DNA from: Chiloscyllium plagiosum
Lineage: Eukaryota
NCBI RefSeq assembly: GCF_004010195.1
Contig: NC_057728.1
Span: 45,541,419-45,605,418 of the forward strand
Length of the DNA stretch: 64,000 nt
Direction: 5' to 3'
Under the pieces are notes generated by a model. It ran no database searches, was not told the origin of the DNA, and saw nothing but the letters and a program-made list of their open reading frames with translations. Below, one piece after another: positions 49,592-62,210 of this stretch (position 1 is its first letter; each line of letters starts with the position of its first letter). The translations under genes were made by a program, and so were the position numbers.

Positions 49592-50531
49592 CTGAAAATG
49601 TGTTGCTGGAAAAGCGCAGCAGGTCAGGCAGCATCCAAGGAACAGGAGAATCGACATTTCGGGCACAAGCCCTTCTTCAGGAATGAGGCAAGTGTGTCCA
49701 GCAGGCTAAGATAAAAGGTAGGGAGGAGGGACTTGGGGGAGGGGCTTTGGAAATGCGATAGATGGAGGGAGGGCAAGATGAGGGTGATAGGCCGGAGTGG
49801 GGTGGGGGCGGAGAGGTCAGGAAGATGATTGCAGGTTAGGAAGGCGGTGCTGAGTTCGGGGGATTTGGCCGAGACAAGGTGGGGGGAGGGGGAGTGGGGG
49901 AACTGGAGGAATNNNNNNNNNNNNNNNNNNNNNNNNNNNNNNNNNNNNNNNNNNNNNNNNNNNNNNNNNNNNNNNNNNNNNNNNNNNNNNNNNNNNNNNN
50001 NNNNNNNNNNNNNNNNNNNNNNNNNNNNNNNNNNNNNNNNNNNNNNNNNNNNNNNNNNNNNNNNNNNNNNNNNNNNNNNNNNNNNNNNNNNNNNNNNNNN
50101 NNNNNNNNNNNNNNNNNNNNNNNNNNNNNNNNNNNNNNNNNNNNNNNNNNNNNNNNNNNNNNNNNNNNNNNNNNNNNNNNNNNNNNNNNNNNNNNNNNNN
50201 NNNNNNNNNNNNNNNNNNNNNNNNNNNNNNNNNNNNNNNNNNNNNNNNNNNNNNNNNNNNNNNNNNNNNNNNNNNNNNNNNNNNNNNNNNNNNNNNNGAG
50301 GAGCAGGAAGTGGAGGAGATGCGGTGGAGGGCATTGTCAACCACGTCTGGGGGGAAATTGCGGTCCTTGAAGAAGGAGGCCATCTGGGTTGTACATTTTT
50401 GGAACTGGTCCTCCTGGGAGCAGATGCGGCGGAGACAAAGGAATTGGGAATATGGGATGGCATTTTTACAGGGGGCAGGGTGGGAGGAGGTGTAGTCTAG
50501 GTTGCTGTGGGAGTCGGTCGGTTTATAGTAA
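49592..50531 (-). mobile_element. Penelope-like element, 5'-truncated (contains N-gap 49913-50297)
   Basis: YYKPTDSHSNLDYTSSHPAPCKNAIPYSQFLCLRRICS RT-thumb motif; 11-bp TSD AATGTGCAAAC (49581-49591, 50532-50542). Confidence 0.9.
49653..49680 (-). ncRNA. Minimal hammerhead ribozyme motif
   Basis: CUGAAGA A GGGC-UUGU-GCCC GAAA UGUC. Confidence 0.7.
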
Positions 50532-51134
50532 AATGTGCAAACTCCACACAGTCACCTGAGGCTGGAATTGAACCTGGACCCCTGGTACTATGAGGTAGCA
50601 ATGCTAACCACTGAGCCACTATGCTGTGAAGCAATAGTATGGAATCTGGAAGTGCCATATCTGATCCAGAATGGCAACTTTATGATGAAACCATAGCCAA
50701 AGTGAATTCAACTAACTCTATAGATGATGAAGATGATGAAATTCGTGGATTTTAAAATGTTATCACTTTGGTTCAAACTATTCTTTTAGAATTTTTTCAT
50801 TCAATAATTCCAAAATTTCATTCAATTTAACTTGAATTACTGGCTTTATGTCTTTAATCACATCACAAAACAATGGCTACATAAACCAATATCACGTTTC
50901 ACATGTTCTGCTCAATACATAAATCAGTCCCCCTTTGCAGAAAGATGTTTTGAAGCTTCAAAGATTATGTTATACACCATGTTTTATGGTAATATAAATG
51001 TTCATAATTATGAGAGGTTTTGATAGCATATAGAAAGAGAAACTATATCCTCCATTAGGTAAATAAATAATTAGAGGGAGATAAGAACACAAACAATGCA
51101 GTGGCTGAATGATTCGCAAAATTTGACGTACTCT

Positions 51135-51283
51135 TGGGAAATAATGCTGAGATGTCAGTGGGGGAGCACTTTGAGGCCAGCGACCATAATTCTATTAGTT
51201 TTACAATAGCGATGGAAAAGGACAGACCGGATCTAAAAGTTGAAGTTCTAAATTGGAGAAAGGCCAACATTGACGGTATTAGA
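51135..51283 (+). mobile_element. CR1 endonuclease-region fragment
   Basis: SVGEHFEASDHNSISF...VLNWRKAN (SDH motif). Confidence 0.75.
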
Positions 51284-51619
51284 ATCCAGGTTCCTTCAAA
51301 CATATAGGGAGTATGCATAATAAATGGATTCAGAAGTGGAGAACTAATGTTACATATACCATTGTAAGTTACCTGAGCAAGTCACTGCAAGCTCTATACA
51401 AAATACTATGCTATACGAGTAGATTTTTGTGCAGCTATATTTGTATGCACAGCTGTTCTGCAATCTTTAACTTTCAATGTTGGATAATATTATAGATCAC
51501 ATTATTTAAGAGCCAGATATACATCACCAAAGTAACTGCATTGAGCTGCAAAGAATTGCAAAGACACCAATAGCCCTTATGTAATAACTTGCACATCTGA
51601 CCATTATTCAGAATGACAA

Positions 51620-52080
51620 ACAGAATATTGTGGATTCTGGAAATCAAACAAAAGCAGAAAATGCCTGAAGCATTGATCTGTTTCTGGCAGCCACCCTGTG
51701 GAAAGAGAGTTAACATTTTCAAAACTGTAACCATTCATCGAAACTGGAAAAAAGCTAGAGATGTAAAGCTTTTAAGAAAGAGCTGGATGGGATGAAGACC
51801 AACAAATGGGGTAAAAGTGAGAAGAGACTGAATGATAGAAAAGTTAGTCCTCCAAGGGAAATGGAAATGAAGCAAGAATAAAACAAGTAACAATAGGCTT
51901 GTCCTGAACAGTTGTGCTGCTAACTTAATGGAAAACCTGAAACAAGCAAAGGGAAAGAAACAAAATGGAACAGATTATGATCTGAAATTGCTGAAATCCA
52001 TGAGAAAAACTGTAAAATTCCTAATCAAAAGATGAGAGGGTGTTCCTTAAGTTTGCATTGATGCACACTGAAACAACGTC
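51620..52080 (-). mobile_element. PLE-derived repeat family E, decayed
   Basis: AACAGAATATTGTGGATTCTGGAAATC...CTGTGGAAAGAGAGTTAAC. Confidence 0.5.
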
Positions 52081-52089
52081 GTAAAACGA

Positions 52090-52435
52090 TTAGACAGGTT
52101 AGATGTGCAGAGGATGTTTCCTGTTATGGAAAAAAGAATTAGAGGTCACTGTTTAAAAATCATGGTCTCCCATTAAAAATGAAATAAGGTGCTTTTTTTC
52201 ATTAGAGTTGTGAATCTTTGGAATTCTCTTCCTGAAAACATGGTGGAAGCAACATCCTTGAATATTTTTAAGACAGAGATAGATTCTTGTTAAGTAAGGT
52301 GTTGGAAGGTTATCAGGAATAAGTGGGAATGTAGATTTGAAGTTTCAGTCAGATTGCCAATACTTGATTGAATGGCAGGGCAACTTGAGGGACTGAATGG
52401 CCTTCGTCTCCTCCTGGTTCAAATATTTGTATGAC
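52090..52435 (+). mobile_element. CR1 3' end, decayed
   Basis: GTGAATCTTTGGAATTCTCT...GAATATTTTTAAGACAGAG...GACTGAATGGCCT. Confidence 0.75.
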
Positions 52436-53674
52436 TACAACCTTTCAAGTGGATGGGCCTTCGTGACTCTGATAGTCGAGAATCCATTTTGCATTCATTG
52501 GTATGCCATAGATATCCAGATTAAAAGTGGGAATGCAGGAGCCTATTTTTAATGGTTGGATTTGGAGAGCTGGGATTACATCCCACCACCCCTCCAACCT
52601 TGGTTCTCCTGACTCAGCATTAAAACTCAAGGCCTCAATCTACAAAAAGAAAAGATTATGCTCGATGTCTCAGCACTACTGTGAATGGTCGCATCATCAG
52701 AACAGATGTGACAAAGGTTGGAGAATGGAATGGAATTATTGCAGAGAGTAGGTTGTGAGGAAGTGTAGCTGAGGTAGTTGTGGGGTGTAAATGTGTGAAT
52801 GATGTTTGATCTCTGCCACCTCTTTTACCAAGTGTAGCAACTTCTTTGACCTTAAGTGAAATATTAACAAAACTAAAGTTTTCTATCAATATATTTTCTT
52901 CCACTGTGCTGATATTACATATCATCTGTGACCAATGGCTTGTATCAGGGTAAATATTCCATTGCTTTTGAGTCAAAGATTTGAAATCCAGACATGCCAT
53001 CGTCATTGCAAAATGATCAATAAAGGCTCTTTATTTACTGTACAGTGAGATTGCTGCAGTAATCTTTGACAGAGACTATTGCTAATGTTTGCATAGATCC
53101 ATTTTAAATTTCTCTTCCACGACATAATCAGATAATTTTATTGGCAGTACTACCAATTTACACAGGACTGCATTTTTTATACAGCCTGATTTGACTATCT
53201 ATTGATTGAACATTGAAACTTTTAAAGTTGAAAAGGCGTAGAAGTATCTAAATGAGTGGATTGATTTTCGCGAGTGGAGTACTGCCTGGCAAGATCTATA
53301 CTTTGTTTGCCATACTAAATACTGTGGTCTGTGGGAGAGAGCGTGTGTGTGAGAGAGAGTGTATGTAAACCTAAAAATAATCAGTAGCAAAGCTTCAGTC
53401 TTAAACAAGATAAAATTTACTCTGCAACAAAAAGCATTGCTGTAAGTCACGTGAGTCAAAGGAATAAAAATAACTAAAGGTATACAAGCAAAACACACAA
53501 TACATACTTAAAAAGTAGATAAGGCTGAAGTCATTGACAAAAGTGACATTCAGTTCAATTCTTTGGGATATTGTTGCAGGCTTGCAGCTTGCAGTTGGAA
53601 TCTTTGTTATTTGCAGTTAAGGAGTAAAATTGAAGAGCTATGTTACCCTACACTTGATCTTGGCCAAAAGGCCC

Positions 53675-55521
53675 TACTTAAGAGGAAAATCAGGAGGGCA
53701 AAAAGGGGACATGAAATAGCTTTGGCAAATAGAGTTAAGGGGAATCCAAAGGGTTTTTACAAATACATTAAGTGACAAAAGGGTAACTAGGGAGAGAACA
53801 GGACCCTTCAAAGATCAACAAGGCGGCCTTTGTGTGGAGTCGCAGAAAATGGGGAGATACTAAACGAGTATTTTGTATTAGTATTTAGTATGAAAAGGAC
53901 TTGGAAGATATAGAATGTAGGCAAATAGATGGAGACATCTTGAAAAATGTCCATATTACAGAGGAGGAAGTACTGGATGCCTTGAAATGCATAAAAATGG
54001 ATAAATCACCTGATCAGATGAACCCCAGAACTCTGTGGGAGGCTAGGGAAATGATTGCTGGGCCCCTTGCTGACATATTTGTGTCATCAATAGTCACAGG
54101 TGAGGTGCCAGAAAACTGGTGGTTAGCTAATGCGGTGCCACTATTTAAGAAACGTGGTAAGGACAAGCCAGGGAACTATAGACCGGTGAGCTTGACATTG
54201 GTGGTGGACAAGTTGTTGGAGGGAATTCTGAGGGACAGGATGTACATGCATTTGGAAAGTCAAGGACTAATTAAGGATAGTCAACATGGCTTTGTGCATG
54301 GGAAATCATGTCTCACAAACTTGATTGAGTTTTTTGAAGAAATAACAAAGAGGATTGTTGAGGGCAGAGTGATAGATGCGATCTCTATGGACTTCAGTAA
54401 GGCGTTTGACAAGGTTTCCCATTGGAGACTGGTTAACAAGGTTAGATCTCATGGAATGGAGGGAGAACTAACCATTTGGATACAGAACTGGCTCGAAGGT
54501 AGAAGACAGAGGGTGGTGGTGGAGGGTTGCTTTTCAGACTGGAGGCCTGTGACCAGTGGGTGCTGGGTCCACTACATTTGGATGTGAGCATAAGAGGCAT
54601 AATTAGTAAGTTTGAGAGATGACACCAAAATTGGAGATGTAGTGGACAGCGAAGAAGGTTTCCTCAGATTACAATGGGATCTTGATCAGATGGGCCAATG
54701 GGCTGAGTGACATATGGAGTTTTATTTAGGTAAATGCGAGGCGCTGCATTTTGGAAAGGCATTTCAGAGCAAGGTTTATACACGTAATGGTAAGGTCCTG
54801 GGGACTGTTGCTGAACAAAGAGACCTTGGAGTGCAAGTTCATAGCTCCTTGAAAGTAGAATCGCAGTTAAATAGGATAGTGAAGAAGGCATTTGGAATGG
54901 TTTCCATTATTGGTCAGATTACTGAGTACAGGAGTTGGGAGGTCATGTTGTGGCTGTACAGGACATTGGTTAGGCTACTTTTGGAATATTGCGTGCAATT
55001 CTAGTCTCCTTCCTATCGGAAGAATATTGTCAAACTTGAATGAGTTCAGAAAAGAGTTACAAGGATGTTGCCAGGGTTGGAGGTTTTGAGCTATAGGGAG
55101 AGGCTGAATAGGCTGGGGCTATTTTCCCTGGAGCGTCGGAGGCTGAGGGGTGACATTATAGAGTTTTATAAAATCATGAGGAGTATAGATAGTTTAAATA
55201 GTCAAAGTCTTCTCCCTGGAGTTGGGCAGTCCAGAACCCAAGGGGATAGGTTTAGAGTAAGAGGGGAAAGATATAAAAGACACTTAAGGGGCAATATTTT
55301 CAAACAGAGGTGGTACGTGTATGGAATGAGCTGCCAGAGAAAGTGGTGGAGGCTAGTACAATTGCAACACTTAAAAGACATCTGGCTAAGTATATGATTA
55401 GGAAGGGTTTTAGAGGCTGGGTGCTGCCAGATCTGACTAGATTGGGTTGGGATATCTGGTTAGCATGGATGAGTTGGACCGAAAGGTCTGTTTCCATGCT
55501 GTACATATCTATGACTCTATG
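53675..55521 (+). mobile_element. HER1/CR1 LINE ORF2 (RT) to 3' end, frameshifted pseudo-copy
   Basis: NYRPVSLT, QHGFVHGKSCLTNL, DFSKAFDKV, decayed FADDTK near 54610, LEYCVQF, ERRRLRGD, CTATGACTCTATG tail. Confidence 0.95.
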
Positions 55522-56126
55522 TTTTACAGCTGTGATGGCTTCTGCAATTGAAGGAGTTTGTCTTTGTAGGTGCTCAAAGCAGGTACAGCAGCATCAAGAA
55601 CTAAGTGAAAGCCCCTTTTCTTTCCTGAATCCTCCAGATTCCTTCTTCAGCAGAAGAGGGATAATTTCTGGGCACCTCGCTTGGAAATTCCTGGTAATGC
55701 AGAAACATTTCAGTTCTCACATTATAGTTCAGCTGAGGCACTGTGGCCAGCAATTGTTATCATGAGTTCTCCTGAGGCCTCTGTACCAAATGATTATTCC
55801 CAGCTAGAATTTATAAAGTTCAAACTCCAATTGGCTGCTGTCCCAACCTGTTGATTTATGCTTCCATTTTAGGCTTTGGATTAGCCCAGGTCTGGGGTTC
55901 AGTCACTTCTTGCAACTTTCAGATGAGGTAATTCTTCTATTAAATGTTTCCACTATAAATTTGAATAGCTTCATTCTTCCAGGTTTGATGAGGTAGGAAT
56001 GAACTATTCAAAGTCCCAGGAAGGCCATTGTCATTGAATTTCTGTTTAATCTTATGGAAATGTTCATTGAATTTCAAATGTATTTTCTGATCCTTCTTGA
56101 GATCATTATAGCTTGGTTCCTCTATC

Positions 56127-56700
56127 TGGTCATGTTGTGGCTTTACAAGACATTGGTTGAGCCATTTTTGGAATATTGTGTTCAGTTATCATCTCCCAGC
56201 TATAAGAAGAATGTTGTCAAACTTGAAAGGATTCGGAAAATATTTACAAGGATGTTGCCAGGGTCGGAGGGTTTGTGCTACAGAGAGAGGCTGAATCGGC
56301 TGGGGTTGTTTCCCTTGAAGCATTGGAGGCTGAGGAGTCACGTTATATAGATCTATAAAATCATGAGGGGCATGGATAGGGTGAACATGCAAAGTCTTTT
56401 CTACAAGATAGGGGAGCCCAAAACTAGAGGGCATAGTTTTATAGTGAGAGGGGAAGGATTTAAAAGGGTCCTAAGGAGCAGCTTTTTCACGCAGAGGGTG
56501 GTGCATGTATGGAATGAGCTGCCAGAGGAAGTAGTCAAGGCTGGTACAATTGCAGCATTTAAAAGATATCTGGGTGGGTGTATGGATTTGAAGGGTTTAG
56601 AGGGATATGGGTCAAATGCTGGTAAATGGGACTAGAATTATTTAGAATAGTTGGTCAGCATGAACAAAGTGGACCAAAGGGTCTGTTCCCACGCTGTATA
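56127..56700 (+). mobile_element. HER1/CR1 3' portion
   Basis: LYKTLVEPFLEYCVQ...TRGHSF...FFTQRVVHVWNELP. Confidence 0.92.
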
Positions 56701-56714
56701 TCTTTTTTTAAAAA

Positions 56715-57013
56715 TACTTACAGTGTGGAAACAGGCCTTTTGACCCCACAAGTCCACACAGACCCTCTGAAGAGCAATCCACCCATACCCATTCCCCTAT
56801 ATTTGCCCCTTCGCCTAACTCTATGGGCAATTTAGCATGGCCAATTCACCTAACCTGCACATTTTTGGACTGTGGTAGGAAACCGGAGCACACCCACGCA
56901 GACACGGGGAAAATGTGCAAACTCCACACAGACAGTTGCTTGAGGTGGAAATTGAACCCAGATCTCTGGCACTGTGAGGTAGCAGTGCTAACCACTGTGC
57001 CACTGTGCCACCC
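56715..57013 (-). mobile_element. HE1-type SINE
   Basis: TACAGTGTGGAAACAGGCC...GCTAACCACTGTGCCACTGTGCCACCC. Confidence 0.92.
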
Positions 57014-60000
57014 ATCTTTATAAATGTAAAGTTAAGTGTAGTTGTAGTCACAAGAGAAGTCAGGTGACATTTTCAGCCATATATTAAAAGCTCCTTTGTG
57101 TCTATTTTCAAAAGATAATACTTTGTTGCAAAATCTGCAATGCTATAACTACTATTATGACGTTCAATTTCAGATAAATCAAGGAGAAGAGCAGGGCTGG
57201 AAATTGAGCTTTATTTCAAAATTTCTGCCACTGTGTTTGTCTATGACAATGCATCTTGCAGCTGTGCGACATTGTTCTAGGAAGAAGGAGGGTCTTTATA
57301 TTTTATAAAATACTTTTGAGCAATTCATTTGAACATAGGACTTCATAACATTTAAATCATAAAAGCAAGGTACCCCATCAGCTTCCTTAAAAGTTGGAAT
57401 GGTCATGTCATGGTCAGGTTATAAAAGTATGGATGATGATCTTAACATTGGATGAGATAAGGCAGGACTGGAGTCTGGTAGATTTTGTTGGTGCAAGTCA
57501 GTGGTCTTGGTAATGGTCTGGATATGTTGTTAGAAATTCCTTTTCCTGTAGGGCACACCTTAATATATACCTCATTAGAATATTAAATGTTAGCATGATT
57601 AATATTTGTTGATAAAATATGTTTTCATTAAACATATACAAATTACGTTCAAGTTGCTGTTCCTCTGTATTTGTTCTCAGTGTCAGATTTTGTTACACTT
57701 TTGCTGTTGATGGAGGCTATTGCCTGAAGTAGGGATTACAGAAATTTGCTTTGGCAACCTTTGTAATTTCTTATTATTTCCAGAGATCAGTCTTTATGAA
57801 ATCATGACTTCACTGTTGGATCAAGGCATTTTACAGTGTTTGAGTTCTTTTATTTTAACTCCTAAATCCTTCAAGTGAAACATTTCAAGAAATGCATCCA
57901 AACAAATTTGACTTTAACAACAACAGTGACTTATTTAATTTTAGATATTTTGCTAATGTTTTTTAGCCATCTTTTTCTCCCCTTTTGATCTCTTTTCTTA
58001 AAGGTCATTGATTAGCCTAGATCCTATTGAATGGTGGAGCAGGTTCGAGGGGCCAAATAGGAACTCCTGTTCCTATTTCTTATGGTCTGTATAGATGCTC
58101 TGAGATATGGTTCATAGGTTCAATGGTATTTGTACAATGCATTTTTGGCAATAATTATGATAAATTGTTTGATCAAACGAGGATCATTGAAGCTGAGTCC
58201 AATTTTACCCACTATCATCCACCCACACTTCACCCTGATGAAGGCTGCACACCTCTATCTGAGTATCTCGACTTGAGTTTTTTTTTGTTCTTCTTAACTT
58301 CAAAACAATTCAGTGAATCAGATTTTAGTATCTACACCACTGATCACACATCTTTTCACATTGCAAAAGGAGATCAGAAAGAATTCAGTGCCTATTGACA
58401 TAGGGGTTTGACGCATTTCTAGTGGAGCTAAGGCGATCTATTACAGCATCTATATGCATATCCATTTACAACTCGTAGATATTCCAAATATAGAGCTGAC
58501 TTGATGGGTTGAATAGCCTATTTCTGCTCTCAGGTCTTAGGTCTGCAGCCAGAGAATTAACGTTAGTTTATAGTTTACAGAAAAGAGATGATTATTTTAG
58601 GCACAGCAGGGTCACACACAGACTGATGAGACAAATAACAAGAGATACTGGTCTCAGAGATAGTGATTGAATTATAAATGCAGGCTGAAGAATTTTCTCA
58701 TTGGACTTCCTTTTATAAATTTCTACTTTGATTTTAGCTGAAAGAAGCAAAATTCAATGAAGAGCTTGAGCATGTTGTAGCTGGATAGAAGTTGAGTGTT
58801 TTTTTCTTGGATTGGAAGGATTCAGTTTGACTTCCGATCCACTGAGGTGATCTGGGATATAATGTAAGAGGTTGGTTAACTGAATGTCTCTCAGAAATTG
58901 CTACTAGTGTCCGGAGAGATGACAGTACTGGGCAACAGCAGTGGGACACTCTAACAGACATATCAGCTTATTTGTGAGTTTACAACCTGTTAAATATAAA
59001 AGATTGTTATTGTACTGTTTTTGCCTTCAGCTGAGAATTAATGCAAGAAAACGAAGGCTGAAATTTTTCCCTTTTTCACATGAAGTATGGGGGCAGCTGT
59101 GTTAGATATAAATTAATTTGGTCCCATTGCCAAAGAAACCTGACAGATCAGATGCCAATTGGCTTAAGAGCTGACCAGAGAGCTGTTCAGAGAATCACAG
59201 GCCTCATTGCCAGAGGTTGCCAACCTGTCGATAGCTTCTAATTGCTTCTGGGTCTTAAAGACTAATGGTTAAAGTCTGTTGTTCAGGAGATGCAATGGAG
59301 AGGGTTTAGGTCTTTCTCAAATGCTTCCTGCGGGTTGGTGATCAGAGGAAAAGAAAGGCCGAGAGTCAGAGGCGAGAGTACTTGGGGTGCATTTCAGAGA
59401 ACAACACCTACCCTCCATTCATGCCTCCAACAGCACCCATACAGGAGCAAATGGAACATCTTCCCACCATAAACAGCCAGCCGTTGTTGGTAGGGAGTGC
59501 ATAGGTAATGTACCTCTGGTATAATTACATCATCACCATAAGGGATTTATAGACATGCCAAGTACTATGCAACAAGTGGTACCTTCGTGGTCATTTGCAA
59601 GCCTATTACAAAGTAGTATAGGAATAAGCACCATACAATAATCACTCATAGACATGGTGATGAATGTATTCAGATCTTGGCATTCACTTACTGGAGTCTG
59701 CAATTCCTAGTCTTACAGACTGGGACATAATTTGAGGAAAGCAGCGAAAATGGGTTTTTATTACACAGGAAATGCTCTACACCCCTTTTCACAAGTAACA
59801 ATGCAAAAGAAGCATCATCTCCATGCCTCTACCCATTCTCCAAGGCCATGGAGATTCCCGAAAAGATTTAAAAAGTATCAGTGAGTTGGAAGCCATCTGC
59901 CAGATGTGAGGGTGGAATTTCATGTCTTCCATGGTAGTGAGTTTGGAGGTGGACTCTTCCATTGAATGGGAGGGTGTAAATTAAGCATCTCCAGTTTTCT

Positions 60001-60802
60001 ACCCTTTGCTAATTAAATCCAGAATGAGAAGGCTTATGGAGGGCCTTTGTAACTGAGCACTAATTACACTAATTGAGGTCCGTAAAAGGCCGATGTTAAA
60101 AAGGTGTTAAAAAGAAACTGGCAATTCAAATTGAACTGTTCTTGCATTTCATCACTGCAGGCTCTGCTAAAATTGTACAAATTTACATGCTTAGCAGGTT
60201 ATTTTTCACATCAGCTTCTGTAATAATAGAAATTTGGAGATAGAGACTATTGGATATATATTAGATTTTCTATGCAGTGGATGGAATATTCAACAGGGCT
60301 ATGACAGCTGTGCTGAATTTACAAATGTTTCCAGTCCATGTAAAGCTCCATAACTGAAAGTTATATTTTTGCTTATATATATTGTCCGTCTGTTTCCTTC
60401 CCTCTCGCCATTTTGGTAATTCATGGTTGGATATGGCTTCACCAGTGCAGGCTGTCAAGAACAACTGCAAATTGCTATTTATAGCACTTGTGATATCACC
60501 TTTGTTAAATAATGGGTGCACTCTTATAACTTTGTAAATTGTGCACTGCTTTGTCTATTGTGTAAAAGTTAGTCTGTGGCATTTTTTTGACAGTGAGGCA
60601 AGCAACAATCCTTTTGCAGTTGAAATTAAAAAGGAAAGTCATCCTGAATATTCCCTGAACCACAAAGCAACAGATGCTTATTGATCAATTCAGATGTTTA
60701 TGAAGCTCCCATATCGAACCATGTTTACATCCAACAGTGAAATCATAAAAAGCTACCGCCAATCCCCTGACCATCTGTTATTTAAAATGCTATTTTAGAA
60801 AG

Positions 60803-60972
60803 TAGAAACATAGAAAATAAGAACAATAGTAGGCCATTTGGCCCTTTTGAGCCTGCGCCACCATTCAATGTAATGATGGCTGATTCTTCTACTCAGTACC
60901 CTGTTCCCATTTCTGCCCCACACCTTAGATTCTTTTAGTCTGAAGAATTGTAGCTATCTCCTTCTTGAAAAC
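60803..60972 (-). mobile_element. CR1 3' end
   Basis: TAGAAACATAGAAAATA...GTAGGCCATTTGGCCC...CCATTCAAT. Confidence 0.75.
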
Positions 60973-61354
60973 ACCTTCAATTTCCAATCTGTTAGAAACA
61001 AACAAATTCAGAACACAAACTACGGCAACAAGGGAAACCCGACAAACATTTGAAAGTGTAAAACGAATTCTCCCATAGGTAAGCTCCTTCCAAGCATGAC
61101 ACTAAAATAGCAGATGGTGCTTTCAACGACCACCTTCATATTCCAACAACACATCAAATGAATTGGCATGGAAATGAAATGGAAAACATCCCTTCTTTTA
61201 AGGTTATTTTCAATCAGTTTTGTGTGTATTATGATTAAGTGGATGCGATCCTGTGTCATGTTTTGTAATTTGTTACTTTTAAATACAAGACTTTATTTCC
61301 ATTACAGTGGGGTCTAAATGTTACTTTATCTGAGTCAAAGAAATAACAATAGAT

Positions 61355-61453
61355 TCTGTTCTGAAGAAGGATCACTGGTCTTGAAATGATAACCCTGTTT
61401 TCTATCTACAGATGCCAGACCTGCTGAGTTTCTCCAGCAAATTTCTATTTTTG
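61355..61453 (+). mobile_element. PLE-derived short repeat family E with decayed hammerhead
   Basis: TTCTGAAGAAGGATCACTGGTCTTGAAA...CCAGACCTGCTGAGTTTCTCCAGCA. Confidence 0.65.
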
Positions 61454-62210
61454 TGTGACAATAGATCTGGATTGTAAAAATTAAAATTCAAGAGACTTTT
61501 TATTAGAACTGCTTTAGCATTAGCAAACATCATAGAATCACTCACTTTCTTGTAGAAGGAGACCATTCTGTCCATCTGTTTTCACTCTTTCCCTCTCTCT
61601 AGATTTCTTTTGATTTTCTCCTATGATTATCTTTCCTCATCCGAAAGTAATGACTACACTCAGATAAGAAATGATTTCAGCCAGGTATTGCAGTTCCTTT
61701 CCAAATCTCCTAATTGAGTATCACAGGAAGGTTGCAAGAACATGGGCACGTGTTAATTAAGGTTGGCTCATGAATTCTTTCCTCTCTCTATCTCTGAGTT
61801 TGAATATCTTACTCTTTTATACTGCTTCATCTGGCAATATGGTTGATGACTGACAGAATTCAAAGTGACAGGCAGTAATGAGTAGTTCTATGACTTTAAT
61901 TTATCGCGAGGTTTCTAGATATCATAATCCTGCTGCTTAATGAAGAGAATATTTCATTTCACTTCGAGGGCATATATATTTTTTAAACATTTAACTTAAT
62001 TTGAAAATTTGTCTTGGTTGAATATAATGCAACGCATTAATCAAACATCACTTAGCAGCTTTGAACAAGCTTTCTGTAGAAACATTGGCTAAAGATATTG
62101 AATCGCTCTTTAGAAAGGAAAACAGAACATATGTATGGCATTTAACGCAACAGAAACAGAAATTGCTGGAAAATCTCATCAGAGCTGGCAGAATCTGTAG
62201 GGAAAAACCA

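Larger units (their letters stand above)
49375..50627 (-). mobile_element. HE1-type SINE split by a PLE insertion
   Basis: SINE halves 49375-49591 and 50532-50627 share the duplicated AATGTGCAAAC. Confidence 0.88.

Noticed and set aside
49624..50500. ORFs of 163-279 aa
   Set aside because: They span an N-gap; the real parts are PLE sequence
53901..54587. 228-aa RT-like ORF as a functional gene
   Set aside because: Fragment of a 5'-truncated, frameshifted CR1 copy with a deletion before the catalytic motif
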